From an uncultured SAR86 cluster bacterium (GTDB lineage: Bacteria > Pseudomonadota > Gammaproteobacteria > Magnimaribacterales > D2472): 64,000 nt of DNA. Both the position numbers and the translations under genes were made by a program. Position 1 is the stretch's first letter; the number at the start of each line of letters is the position of its first letter. Shown piece by piece: positions 1 through 10,271 of this stretch. Where the stretch lies: the NCBI GenBank assembly GCA_905181595.1, contig CAJIYI010000001.1, forward strand, positions 3,551 through 67,550, written 5' to 3'. The notes below the pieces were generated by a model. It ran no database searches. It saw nothing but the letters and a program-made list of their open reading frames with translations, and was not told the origin of the DNA.

Positions 1-29
1 TCGATGACCTAATTGATCAAGGCCTAACT

Positions 30-1097
30 ATGGACCTTGCATACGATTACTTTTTTAGTGGTCCTGATCATGCTTTTGATCCAAGCCGAGCAGTTGCACA
101 ATTAGACTACTCAAAAAATAGCTCATGGGCAGCTTTGCCATTGATGAAAGATGAAGCAGACATGATTCCTGAGGGTGAGAGCGGAATAGATCAAAACAAC
201 TCTCCAGTCGATGTATTTTTTGTGCATCCAACTGGTTACCTCAAAGGCGATCACTGGACAGATCCACTGGAAGAAAAATCAGCAACCATGGAGAACACCC
301 AATGGATGATGGCAAATCAGGCAAGTGCTTACAATGGATGTTGCAGTGTCTATGCCCCTCATTATCGTCAAGCATCAATTTACAGTTATTTTGGTAGCGA
401 TGAGCTTAGAGCAGAAGTCCACAATTTTGTTTATCAAGATGTTAAAAAATCATTCGAGTATTTTATTGAGAATTTTAGTAATGGCCGCCCATTTATTATT
501 GCCAGTCACAGCCAAGGAACACACCATTCAATTCGCTTATTAGCCGAGGAGATCGACTCATCGGGCTTATACCCAAGAATGGTAGGGGCTTATATTATTG
601 GCGGGATGATATCCAAAGACTGGATGAGTAAAATGGAAAATATTGGGGTATGTGATAGCGCTGAGCAGCTTGGATGTTTGGTTCACTGGGACACAATGAA
701 TGTTGCGCAGATCAACAAAGACCTGCCTGTATATTCAAACAACATATGCGTTAACCCCATTACCTGGAAAAATGAAGGCTCTCTCTCAGAGCTTCAAGAT
801 GCCAAAGGTGCTGTGCATGTTTCGGGAGAATTTAATTTAGAATTTTCAGGGGATGACGGGCCAACAGATCAGATATTTACTCCTTTAGGAGCCCCTGTAA
901 AGAAATATGTTCAGGCCCAATGCAAAGATGGGGCGCTATTTGCCTCGGATCAAACAGGCACAAGATTTCAAACATTTGGTGGTTCAGGCGGAAATTACCA
1001 TGGCTTAGATTACGCTCTCTTTTATATGGACATTAGAGAAAATGCTAAGTTAAAAGTCTCAACGTATCTAAATTCTTTAGAAGCGCAGCAGAAATAA
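30..1097 (+). CDS. DUF3089-like alpha/beta-hydrolase-fold protein
   Basis: 355-aa ORF. It has YAPHYRQA and the nucleophile-elbow-like IIASHSQG, a pattern I associate with DUF3089. The family call is from memory of the motifs. Confidence 0.55.
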   Translation: MDLAYDYFFSGPDHAFDPSRAVAQLDYSKNSSWAALPLMKDEADMIPEGESGIDQNNSPVDVFFVHPTGYLKGDHWTDPLEEKSATMENTQWMMANQASAYNGCCSVYAPHYRQASIYSYFGSDELRAEVHNFVYQDVKKSFEYFIENFSNGRPFIIASHSQGTHHSIRLLAEEIDSSGLYPRMVGAYIIGGMISKDWMSKMENIGVCDSAEQLGCLVHWDTMNVAQINKDLPVYSNNICVNPITWKNEGSLSELQDAKGAVHVSGEFNLEFSGDDGPTDQIFTPLGAPVKKYVQAQCKDGALFASDQTGTRFQTFGGSGGNYHGLDYALFYMDIRENAKLKVSTYLNSLEAQQK

Positions 1098-1100
1098 ATT

Positions 1101-1427
1101 ATGTCTTCTTACCTAGCCCTGCTTGGAGCCATTATATTTGAGGTCATGGGCACTTTATTGCTGCCCGCCACAAAAGAATTTACATCAACCATTCCTACCA
1201 TTGCTATGAGTGCTAGCTATATAGCATCATTTTATTTTTTAACTTTGGCACTTAAAACAATTCCCTTGGCCATAGTTTATGCATGTTGGAGCGGCGTCGG
1301 CATTATGGCGATAGCCATACTATCTTATTTTATTTATGGGCAGAGCCTAAGCTGGCAGTCTATCTTGGGAATATTCTTAATAATAAATGGAGTTATTCTT
1401 GTTAATATATACTCCACCAATCCATAA
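1101..1427 (+). CDS. SMR-family small multidrug efflux protein (EmrE/SugE-like)
   Basis: 108 aa with four hydrophobic helices. A membrane-embedded Glu sits in IIFEVMGT, equivalent to EmrE Glu14. Confidence 0.8.
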   Translation: MSSYLALLGAIIFEVMGTLLLPATKEFTSTIPTIAMSASYIASFYFLTLALKTIPLAIVYACWSGVGIMAIAILSYFIYGQSLSWQSILGIFLIINGVILVNIYSTNP

Positions 1428-1441
1428 AACAGGAGCACATT

Positions 1442-2140
1442 ATGTCTTCAGAAATCGCAACTCTAAGCCAAGAAAATAATGTTTCAATTATTCAGCTAGA
1501 TGATGGAAAAGCGAATGCATTTTCTTATGAAATGCTGACCAGGTTCAACGAACTGCTTGCAGAGGTTCCAAGAGATTCAGGTGCCTTGATTATCACCGGG
1601 AGAGATGGATTATTTTCAGGTGGTTTTGATCTTAAGACCCTTGCCACCGGCGATATGGAAAAAATCCAAAAGATGGTCACCTTAGGCTACAAAACTTTAT
1701 TAGATCTTTATGGCTTTGATAGGCCTATCATTGCTGCAGTTTCGGGCCATTCAATTGCGCTTGGTTTATTTGTAACATGCTGTGCAGATTATAGAATTGC
1801 AATAGATGGCCAATACATATGCCAGGCAAATGAAGTAAGAAATAATATGGATATTCCAATCCAAATCATGGAAATATTAAAGGCCAGAGTAAATAAAAAT
1901 TATTTTTATCCTGCTGTTTATCATTCAGACGCATATTCTATGAAAGATTCTATTGCGGTTGGTTTCATTGATGAGGTTGTTGCAGAAGATAAGTTTATGG
2001 AGAGGGTCATGGAGAAGGCCGTTGAACTATCCTCTCTTCCACATCCTTTTTATGTCAAGACCAAACATTTTGCTCAAGAGGATGTAATGCAAAAGATAGC
2101 AGATGCCATTGAGAAATACGAAAAATTAACGGCAAGTTAA
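1442..2140 (+). CDS. enoyl-CoA hydratase/isomerase (crotonase) family protein
   Basis: 232 aa. It has the crotonase oxyanion-hole pattern LFSGGFDLK and AAVSGHSIALG. Confidence 0.75.
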   Translation: MSSEIATLSQENNVSIIQLDDGKANAFSYEMLTRFNELLAEVPRDSGALIITGRDGLFSGGFDLKTLATGDMEKIQKMVTLGYKTLLDLYGFDRPIIAAVSGHSIALGLFVTCCADYRIAIDGQYICQANEVRNNMDIPIQIMEILKARVNKNYFYPAVYHSDAYSMKDSIAVGFIDEVVAEDKFMERVMEKAVELSSLPHPFYVKTKHFAQEDVMQKIADAIEKYEKLTAS

Positions 2141-2161
2141 AATTCCTTTAAACTAACTTTA

Positions 2162-2753
2162 ATGAAACAAAATAAAACATTTATTCCAGATCACTTGATT
2201 GCAAATAGACCAAAGGTTTTAAAGCTGATTGGTAAATTAGCCATGAAGGTTACTGGCTGGAAAACAGTTGGTCATTTCCCGAAAAGATGAGAGGGTGTTA
2301 TTGGTGGCTGGGCCTCACACTTCAAATTGGGATTTTGTTCTTGCGATGTCCCTTATTCTCAGCCTTGATGTTAACTTCCACTGGATTGGCAAACACTCTG
2401 TTTTTAAAAAGGGCTTTAGAAGATTGCTAAGAAAAATGGGAGGCATTCCTGTTAACAGAGCAAACCCCGCCGCTCTCAAGCAAGAAATTCAGAATGTAAC
2501 TGATAAATATAAAGGCTTTCTAATTGTTATAGCTCCCGAGGGGACAAGGCAGAAAGTTAAAAGGCTCAAGTCAGGGTTCCTAAGAATTGCGAATGAAACT
2601 AATAGCCAAATTATGATGGCAGGAATTGATTTCTCAAACAAAACTATTGAGCTTGGCGATTTTTTTAGTCCAACTGGTAACGTAGAACAGGATCTAGAAA
2701 GCATCAGGGAGTATTTTTCAAATTTTTCAGGCAAAAGACCTGAGTTTTTTTAA
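2162..2753 (+). CDS. lysophospholipid/glycerol-3-phosphate acyltransferase family protein (apparent frameshift)
   Basis: The HX4D acyltransferase motif PHTSNWD and the EGTR motif APEGTR lie in ORF 2268..2753. The N-terminus (MKQNKTF...GWKTVGHFPKR) is in another frame starting at ATG 2162. The junction is near 2280-2290 in the ccc/aaaa runs. Confidence 0.6.
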
Positions 2754-2779
2754 AGAAAGCAAAGCCTAGGGGCAAAGGG

Positions 2780-4238
2780 ATGTTAAAAAAATTATTACTT
2801 TCATTCGTTTTGATTATTGGCGCACTGCTTTCAATAGCCCTTGTCAGAACTCTCATGCACTCTGCACCAGAGCCAACAGTCAATGTGGGTGTAACCGCTG
2901 ACATTGATGGCGAAGCTGCAACCAATAATCTGGCTGCATCTATTAGGTTTAAGACTATTTCTCATCAAGATAAAGAGAAATTTTCACCCCAAGAATTTGA
3001 AGGTTTTATTAAATGGGCTGCCGATACTTATCCTGAATTTCATTCAGCAATGCAGCTCGAGATGCTTGAGTACACTTTGCTTTTTAAATGGGAGGGCAGC
3101 GACAACAGCCTTGCACCCATTCTATTAACTGCACATTACGATGTAGTCCCTGTTATTCCAGGCACCGAGAGTATTTGGGAAGAGGAACCTTTTGCTGGAG
3201 TAATTTCAAACAATAGAATCTGGGGCAGAGGGGCGTTGGATGACAAAAGCGGTGTCGTTGGGATGATGGAGGCAGCAACTTATTTAATTAAAAACAACTT
3301 TCAGCCTACCAGGACTGTTTACTTTAGTTTTGGTCATGACGAAGAGATTGGTGGTGGTGGAGCGGCCCAGGTTACAGAAAAACTTAAACAAGAGGGAGTT
3401 CAACTTCAATGGTCTCTTGATGAGGGCTCGTTCGTAAGTAGAGGATTTTTTCCGGGTGTGGATAAGTTGGTTGCGGCTATTAACGTAGCTGAAAAAGGAA
3501 TTATGAACCTATTAATTGTTGCAAAAGCAAAAGGTGGGCACTCTTCAACACCTCCCGAAGAAAACAGCCGTGAACATTCTTGCGGATGCTCTCATCAAGC
3601 TAGAAAATGAGCCGCTTCCTGGAAGCCTAGAAGGCTTAAGTGCGGTTATGTTTGATGAAGTCAGCAAACACATGCCATTTGGATACCGTTTTCTTTTTGC
3701 AAATAGATGGCTTTTTGGAGGCTTACTAGACAGCCAGATGTCTTCTACCCCATTAATTAATGCAATGATTAGAACAACCACGGCGCCAACGATGCTAAAT
3801 GGAAGCATCAAGAGCAATGTTTTGCCAATTGAAGCCACAGCACTTATTAATTTTAGACTTCATCCCAGAGACTCTATTGAGAGCGTTACCGAGCATGTAA
3901 GAAGAGTCGTTGGATCTGATCAAGTAGAAGTTCGGACTTTGGGAGGCATGGAGGCATCGGGCGTTTCTTCTTGGGAATCGCCTGGCTATGAAATCATCTC
4001 ATCTTCTTTGAGCAAAGTTTATGGTGAGGTTGTGTCAGTTCCAGGCATTATGATTGCAGCCTCTGATACACGCCACTATTCAAAAGTTGCAGACAATTCT
4101 TTTAGATTTAATCCATTTAGCATCGTTCCAGAAGACATGACTGGATTCCATGGAACAAACGAAAGCATTGCCGTAGATAGTTTTATTGCCGGCATTAAAA
4201 CCTATGTTGATATTATCAACGAAGGATCGAGCAACTAA
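2780..4238 (+). CDS. M20/M25/M40 family metallopeptidase, carboxypeptidase S-like (apparent frameshift)
   Basis: Motifs HYDVVP, GRGALDDK, GHDEEIGG and GGHSSTPP are present. Two ORFs (2780..3610 and 3516..4238) join as GGHSSTPP/KTAVNILADAL near 3557-3565. The N-terminus is a hydrophobic anchor. Confidence 0.8.
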
Positions 4239-4243
4239 TTAGC

Positions 4244-4975
4244 ATGGAAGCCTCAAGCCTGGCTTTAAAAGTTTATTTAATCCTTGGATTTGAGTTGGCA
4301 GTTCTTTATGGCTGTATGTTTTTCGTTGTTCGCCAATGCAAAAAGGCGTTTTATGCCAACACTACATTTTTAGGCATTTCATTTGCCGAGGCTGTAAATC
4401 AAAACAGGCAGACCGACATAGCAATAGTTCAGAGCAATGGCACAACTCACTTCTTTTTCTTTTTAATTTTATTCGCCATCTTTTCACTCTGGGCAGCAAC
4501 TGCCGTTATTATTTTTTCTACCTCTTTTATACAAATTGTATTTATGACCCTTAGTGCAATTGGCTACGGTTTAGTTATAGGCTTTATTGTTATGGACATG
4601 GATGAAAATGATGGCATGACAGGTCTAAAGCTTGCGACCTTAACAAGTGCTGCAATGTTTATCGTAGTTGCTGTGACCGGAATTAACTTTGCAAATCCAA
4701 TTTTTATAACGATAGTTACGGCTTTAATTTTAATTCTACTTTTTTCAGAGTTTGTTTCTATGTTTAAGAAAATTTCCCGAGGGTATGCAAGAAAAAAAGC
4801 CATAGCGGGAATTATTACTTTCTCCCTGTCATTGCTTGTTTCAATTAGCTCGGTCAATATAAGTGCTGATCAAGGTTTAAATAACTGGGATACAGCTATT
4901 TCTCATGCCTTTGATATGTACCTAAATATTATTAATATCATTTTGTATTTTTTAGAACTAATGGGTAATAGCTAG
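4244..4975 (+). CDS. hypothetical multi-pass membrane protein
   Basis: 243 aa with 6-7 hydrophobic segments. No diagnostic motif was recognised. Confidence 0.5.
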   Translation: MEASSLALKVYLILGFELAVLYGCMFFVVRQCKKAFYANTTFLGISFAEAVNQNRQTDIAIVQSNGTTHFFFFLILFAIFSLWAATAVIIFSTSFIQIVFMTLSAIGYGLVIGFIVMDMDENDGMTGLKLATLTSAAMFIVVAVTGINFANPIFITIVTALILILLFSEFVSMFKKISRGYARKKAIAGIITFSLSLLVSISSVNISADQGLNNWDTAISHAFDMYLNIINIILYFLELMGNS

Positions 4976-4982
4976 TATTTTT

Positions 4983-5489
4983 ATGGCAATCAACTCAAAG
5001 TTTAAAATGTTAGTGCTTAGCCATGACGGCGCTCATGATGACCAGCTTCAAAAAATTTATGATTTAAATCAAGCCAACACCCCAGAAGTTGGATCGTTAG
5101 AATCTAAGAAGCATTTAACTAAATTATTAGAGCTCAGCGCATATAATTTATTGATATTAAACGGTGATGAGGTGATTGGATTTATTATTTGCATGAGAGA
5201 GGGCTCAGATTACGGCTCGGAAAATTATAAATTTTTTAGCAAAAAACTTAAGAAATTTTTGTATGTAGATAGGGTTGCAATCGACAAAAAATATAGAAGA
5301 GAGGGTCTTGGCAAGGCTATTTATGATGATATTTTTATCCAAGCTAAAAAGGAGAGCCTGCCCATTGCGCTAGAGGTCAATACTCAACCCATTAACCAGC
5401 CATCATTAAATTTTCATGAGAAGCTGGGCTTTGACGAGGTTGGAGCGAAAGATTTCTCTGATCACAGCGTTGCTTACTTTATAAAATAA
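4983..5489 (+). CDS. GNAT family N-acetyltransferase (COG3818-like)
   Basis: Acetyl-CoA motif A is YVDRVAIDKKYRREGLGKAIY. The ALEVNTQPINQPSLNFHEKLGF tail is typical of this GNAT subgroup. Confidence 0.75.
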   Translation: MAINSKFKMLVLSHDGAHDDQLQKIYDLNQANTPEVGSLESKKHLTKLLELSAYNLLILNGDEVIGFIICMREGSDYGSENYKFFSKKLKKFLYVDRVAIDKKYRREGLGKAIYDDIFIQAKKESLPIALEVNTQPINQPSLNFHEKLGFDEVGAKDFSDHSVAYFIK

Positions 5490-5495
5490 CTTTTT

Positions 5496-6224
5496 ATGAA
5501 ATTTTTAAAATATCTCCCAATCCTTTTATTAACCTTAGGTGCTTGCAATGGACCGACCCCATCCAAAGTTCAGCTCAGTGATTTTCAAGACAACGTTTCG
5601 GTAAAAATATCAGGCGCGCGTCTTATTGACTTACCAATGGGGATGCAACCCTTGGAATCAAATCTGCTTAATGCCAATGAAATTACAGTGGCAGCTCATG
5701 GGGGTTCCAGCGAAGGGTATGAGTGGGTATATCCGCTGAAGACTTTAGACACTCCAACGAATGAAGTATTTTTTTACAGATGGCCAGACAATGGGTGTTA
5801 CAAAGATTCTGGGGACAGACTAATTGAAGAATTAGAAAATCTTTTAAACCAAAACATTCAAATTAAAAAAGTTACCCTGATTGGTCACAGCTATGGAGGC
5901 ATTTTGGTAACCCACCTCTTAAATAATTGGAAAAATACGGTTACCCTTGATGCACACATTATTGCATCGCCGCTTCAAGGCAACACCTCTTTGAATACAT
6001 TATGTGGCTATAAGCCTGAGGTAAATTTAAAGCCCATGGCTAATTTGTTTGAGTGGAGAACGCAACAAGATCTAGACAGTGCATTTAAAGATCTCCCAAA
6101 GAATCCTCAAAACATTGAAATATCAGGAAGTTTTGTCACAGTTTTGCCAGACACATACAAGGGCCATCGACTTGGACACAACTGGTCAATCAGCTGGGTT
6201 GCAGATCAATTAAAGAAACCTTAA
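5496..6224 (+). CDS. lipoprotein, alpha/beta-hydrolase (lipase/esterase-like)
   Basis: The signal peptide carries the lipobox LTLGAC. The serine nucleophile elbow is LIGHSYGG. Confidence 0.6.
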   Translation: MKFLKYLPILLLTLGACNGPTPSKVQLSDFQDNVSVKISGARLIDLPMGMQPLESNLLNANEITVAAHGGSSEGYEWVYPLKTLDTPTNEVFFYRWPDNGCYKDSGDRLIEELENLLNQNIQIKKVTLIGHSYGGILVTHLLNNWKNTVTLDAHIIASPLQGNTSLNTLCGYKPEVNLKPMANLFEWRTQQDLDSAFKDLPKNPQNIEISGSFVTVLPDTYKGHRLGHNWSISWVADQLKKP

Positions 6225-6283
6225 AACTCCTATTTAATATCCCTTAGTCTTCCTGTAAGCTCTACAAAAAACTAAAATACACC

Positions 6284-7258
6284 ATGTCATTACCTAAAAT
6301 TTTACAAAATAATCTTTCAATTCCAGTAATTGGATCGCCTCTTTTTTTATGTTCTGGACCAGAGCTAGTGATTGCTCAGTGCAAGGCTGGGATCGTTGGA
6401 TCTTTTCCTGCATTGAATGCAAGACCGCAACCAGTTCTTGATGAATGGATCATTAGAATCAAGGAAGAGCTTGCTCAAGCGAAATTAGACAACCCCGAGC
6501 TTCCGATTGCGCCGTTTGCAGTTAATCAAATTTGTCATGCTTCAAACGATCGATTGATGGCGGACATGGAATCATGTGTTAGACATGAAGTGCCAATTAT
6601 TATCACTTCCTTGCGACCACCTGAAGAAATTGTTACAGCAGCTCATTCATATGGCGGTCTTGTTTATCACGACGTGATAAGCGTGAGACATGCAAAAAAA
6701 GCAGCAGAACAAGGCGTTGATGGACTTATTTTAGTTTGCTCTGGTGCAGGTGGACATGCTGGAACCTTGTCACCTTTTGCGTTGGTTAGAGAAGTAAGAG
6801 AATTCTTTGATGGCACCATTATTCTTTCTGGAGCTATCAGTTCAGGCAGTGCTGTGGCATCTAGCTTGGCACTGGGAGCTGACCTGGCTTATATGGGCAC
6901 GCGATTTATCGCAACCGAAGAAGCCAATGCAGACAAGGAATATAAAGACATGTTGATAGAAAGTGCCGCGCATGACATCGTCTATTCATCTTTATTCACT
7001 GGGGTTCACGGAAACTATCTTGGGCCATCCATTGAAAAGGCTGGACTTGATCCAGTTAACCTTCCAGAGGCTGATAAAAGTTCTATGAATTTTGGTTCAG
7101 GCGGAAACACTGAAGCCAAAGCTTGGAAAGATATCTGGGGATCTGGTCAAGGGATAGGTTCTATAAAAGATTCGCCAACTGTTCAAGTCCTTGTTGATCA
7201 ACTCAAGCAGGAGTATCTAGCGGCGACCGAAGACTTTAAAGCAAAATCAGTTTATTAA
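6284..7258 (+). CDS. nitronate monooxygenase / NAD(P)H-dependent flavin oxidoreductase (NMO family)
   Basis: 324 aa. It has GSFPALN, CSGAGGHAG and YMGTRF, which are characteristic of 2-nitropropane dioxygenase-like enzymes. Confidence 0.8.
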   Translation: MSLPKILQNNLSIPVIGSPLFLCSGPELVIAQCKAGIVGSFPALNARPQPVLDEWIIRIKEELAQAKLDNPELPIAPFAVNQICHASNDRLMADMESCVRHEVPIIITSLRPPEEIVTAAHSYGGLVYHDVISVRHAKKAAEQGVDGLILVCSGAGGHAGTLSPFALVREVREFFDGTIILSGAISSGSAVASSLALGADLAYMGTRFIATEEANADKEYKDMLIESAAHDIVYSSLFTGVHGNYLGPSIEKAGLDPVNLPEADKSSMNFGSGGNTEAKAWKDIWGSGQGIGSIKDSPTVQVLVDQLKQEYLAATEDFKAKSVY

Positions 7259-7270
7259 CCTAATTGATAT

Positions 7271-7688
7271 TTACAGGTCTCCGTCTTTTCGGTGTTCACT
7301 TCTGTCTACCTCAAACTTTTCCCCGTATCTGGCTTCAAGTTTATCTTGGTTTTCTTTAATCACTTCGTAAGGATCAAGTTTTAGGGCCATACAAGCAGTA
7401 GCCCAGTACCACATGATGTCGCCCAACTCTCGTTTCATATGATAAATATTATCTTCATTTGCAGGCTTTCCTTGGAGAAACATTTTTTTAACTATTTCAA
7501 CAAACTCCCCTGTTTCGCTGCCTAAGCCAAGAGCCGCAGTAAGAAGTCTTGCAGATTCAATTGGCGATGAAGAATCGATTTCCTTCATTCTTTCATCTAA
7601 GCTCGATTGATTCATGACTTGGCTCACTGGTTACTTTGGTTACAAAGTCCCCATAGCTGTTTAAAAAATTTCTTGCTTCTTCACTCAT
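7271..7688 (-). CDS. MazG-like nucleoside triphosphate pyrophosphohydrolase, phage-type (apparent N-terminal frameshift)
   Basis: The MazG core is GLGSETGEFVEIVKK...RELGDIMWYW in ORF 7271..7627, which starts at GTG. An N-terminal helix (MSEEARNFLNSYGDFVTKVTSEPS) reads from ATG 7688 in another frame. That ATG overlaps the upstream glycosyltransferase stop as ATGA. Confidence 0.7.
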
Positions 7689-8699
7689 AAAATTCTCCTA
7701 TTTTTTATTGGGTTTTTTTTCCAATCTATTGATACCAAAAAAGTAGACTCAGTTGCCTGCTCTAAATCTATACCTTTTTGTTTTTTAAATCTATTCCACT
7801 GATCGATTGCATAATCATCTAAAGATCTTTCGGAGCCAAGACCCATTGAGCCCTCTATATTTTCAGCAAATAAATCATCAAGCCTATCCAAACTTTTCTT
7901 TTCTAGCTCATTCCACTTAATGGCTCTATTTTTATCATCTTCAGGATCCCAATGCAGCTTCCTGGGAATATTACTGACATCTGTATAGAGGTGGAACAAA
8001 GGGACATCTGGAATATGAAAAAATGAAAAACCATGCGTAAAAGCTCTAAGAGCCATAGATAACTCCTCGCCATAGAAATAATAATTGGGATCATAAGGTA
8101 TGTCCTCAACAAATCTTCCTCGAGTAAATATGCAGCCTGCTGCCATTAAGTAGGCATGAGTAATGTCCGTGTACTTTGTAGGAATACCTATTTGCCTAGA
8201 AAATGATCCGCGAGAAAACAGGCTATCTTTTCTGTAAGTAATAACTTGAGTATGTTTGTCTCCGGTATTGAGTTCAAATCAAGCCTTTGTCAAAATCTAG
8301 AACTTTGAAGCTTCTAGGATAAGAAGTAATAATTGGTTTCGCAAAATAGTTATCATTAATTTGCTCAGCTTCAATTTTTAATAATGCCTCTTCAAACAAT
8401 ACATCCCAATTTGGCAAGAACTGCGTATGTGAATCAATTTGTAAAAAATAATCCTCGCCTTGATAGAAACTTTGAGCTCTGTGCCTTGCCCAGCATGGAC
8501 CTTTTGAAAAGACCGGATCCACATGCTCATATCTGACTTGCTTTTCAAAGGTTAAATCTTCTATATTCACAGGGTTGTCTGATTGATCACAGATACTAAA
8601 AATTAATTCATCTTTGTTTGTAGCGTTGTTATAGGCACCAAAGATGGTCGAAACAAGCAGCGGGTCTTGATAGGATGCGATTGAAATAAATATGCTCAT
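7685..8699 (-). CDS. GlcNAc-transferase-family glycosyltransferase (Skp1-Hyp GlcNAc-transferase/PF11397-like; apparent frameshift)
   Basis: N-terminal half: MSIFISIASYQDP...GPCWARHRAQSFYQGEDYFLQIDSH..WD. C-terminal half: AAGCIFTRGRFVEDIPYDPNYYFYGEELSMALRAFTHGF. The downstream frame is open up to about 8272, so one indel near 8272-8285 joins both halves. No signal peptide. Confidence 0.6.
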
Positions 8700-8744
8700 T
8701 TTGTATGCGTTTTGTTCTTTGTTAGCATACAATTATTTCAACCT

Positions 8745-9386
8745 ATGAATACAGAATACCCAAAAAAAATTGCTGAAAATGTCACCATGTACTCAGGTGA
8801 TCCAATCTTATATGTGGTTGATAATTTTGTAAGTGACTTAGAATGCGAAGCCTTTGTAGAAGCATCACAGGGCAAGCTTCAACCATCTACTGTTATTAGC
8901 CCAGATCAGCATATTCAACATGAAAGCAGAACCAGTGATAATTGTTGGATAGAGCATGATGCTAATGATATTGTTCATGAGGTCAGTAAAAGGCTCTCAA
9001 TTTTGACGCAAATACCTATTCGTAATGCTGAACAGTACCAACTCGTCTTTTATAAAAAAGGCGCTCAATACAAACCTCATTTTGATTCATTTGATTATGA
9101 GACAGAGGACGGAAAGAAAAACTGGGAACCAGGCGGACAACGCATGGTAACTGTTTTAGCTTATCTCAATGATGTGGAAGAGGGCGGTGGAACAGATTTC
9201 CCTGAACTTGGTGTAACTGTGACAGCAAAAAAAGGCGATGTTGTTGTTTTCCATAACACTTTATCTGAAACCCCTGCACCCAAGCATCCTAAAATTCATC
9301 CAAAATCTTTGCATGCCGGAATGCCCGTTCTCAAAGGTGAAAAGTGGATGGTTAATTTATGGTTTAGAGAAAATCTACGCTACTAG
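8745..9386 (+). CDS. prolyl 4-hydroxylase-like 2OG-Fe(II) oxygenase
   Basis: The facial triad is HFDSFD (HxD) plus the distal His in LHAGMPV. The 2OG-binding Lys is in GEKWMVNLWF. No signal peptide. The first ATG is at 8745, and the track ORF starts at TTG 8712. Confidence 0.8.
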   Translation: MNTEYPKKIAENVTMYSGDPILYVVDNFVSDLECEAFVEASQGKLQPSTVISPDQHIQHESRTSDNCWIEHDANDIVHEVSKRLSILTQIPIRNAEQYQLVFYKKGAQYKPHFDSFDYETEDGKKNWEPGGQRMVTVLAYLNDVEEGGGTDFPELGVTVTAKKGDVVVFHNTLSETPAPKHPKIHPKSLHAGMPVLKGEKWMVNLWFRENLRY

Positions 9387-10229
9387 TTATTTTAACTTCA
9401 AAGAATTCTGGCTTGTCACAATATTAAACAAATGATCTTGCGCTTCAGGCTTAAGCTGCGCAACGCCTACTGCCAAAACATCAATAATGGCCATGTAAGC
9501 TAGCCTTGAAGTTAGCGGTCTCGTCAAACGAGCATTTTCACCAACATCGATGTCTAAAGCTATGTCACAAATTCTCGAAAGCGGAGTTCCAGAAGGCATT
9601 AAGCCAATCACTATCACCCCAAAACTTTTAACCGTTTTAATGCTCTCTACTAAAGCAGCGGTATTTCCCGATTGAGAGATGGCGACCACTACATCTTTCT
9701 TGTTCAGTGAGTTTGCAGACATGAACTGAATGTGAGGATCAGAAATACATGAAGATGGAATTTTTAATCTAAAAAACTTGTGCTGGGCATCCATGGCCAC
9801 TGGCACTGAGCCACCAAAGGCATAAAACTCAACCCTCTTGGCATTAGCCAAAGTCTCAATAGCTTCTTCTACCACCTCTTGGTTTAACTGAGATCGTACA
9901 TTTAATATCTCACTAATAGTGCTATCGAAGACTTTTTCAGTCACCTCTTGAATGCTGTCATTGGGATCAATTTCATATGAATTAAAATAATTATCTGCTG
10001 CTAACTGTTGAGCTAGCGTCAGTTTAAATTTCTGAAATCCATTAAACCCAATGGCCTGACAAAACCTAATAAGTGTTGGCTCGCTAACACCGATTGCACC
10101 TGAGGCCTGAGCAGTGGTCAATTCAATAATATCGTCAGGCTTATTTAAAACAAACTCTGCGACCTTTACCTCAGATTTTCTTAAATCGGGCAAAGCATTT
10201 TTAATTTCTCTCAATAATTTAGTTTGCAT
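9387..10229 (-). CDS. RpiR/MurR-family transcriptional regulator (HTH + SIS domain)
   Basis: The N-terminal HTH_6 pattern is KVAEFVL...AQASGAIGVSEPTLIRFCQAIGFNGFQKFK. The C-terminal SIS pattern is VVVAISQSGNT. Confidence 0.85.
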   Translation of the reverse strand: MQTKLLREIKNALPDLRKSEVKVAEFVLNKPDDIIELTTAQASGAIGVSEPTLIRFCQAIGFNGFQKFKLTLAQQLAADNYFNSYEIDPNDSIQEVTEKVFDSTISEILNVRSQLNQEVVEEAIETLANAKRVEFYAFGGSVPVAMDAQHKFFRLKIPSSCISDPHIQFMSANSLNKKDVVVAISQSGNTAALVESIKTVKSFGVIVIGLMPSGTPLSRICDIALDIDVGENARLTRPLTSRLAYMAIIDVLAVGVAQLKPEAQDHLFNIVTSQNSLKLK

Positions 10230-10271
10230 AAGGGTTAGAATAGGCTTCTTAGATTAAAAAATGAACCCCCC

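Noticed and set aside
4244-4975. Assignment of the 243-aa membrane protein to the Bax-inhibitor-1/YccA family
   Set aside because: Only a vague N-terminal resemblance (LKVYLILGFELAV) and a similar size support it. The conserved C-terminal motifs were not recognised.
7685-8732. Treating 7685..8146 and 8274..8732 as two separate genes
   Set aside because: The downstream frame is open from about 8272, right where the upstream frame stops. The two halves correspond to the N- and C-terminal parts of one glycosyltransferase family.
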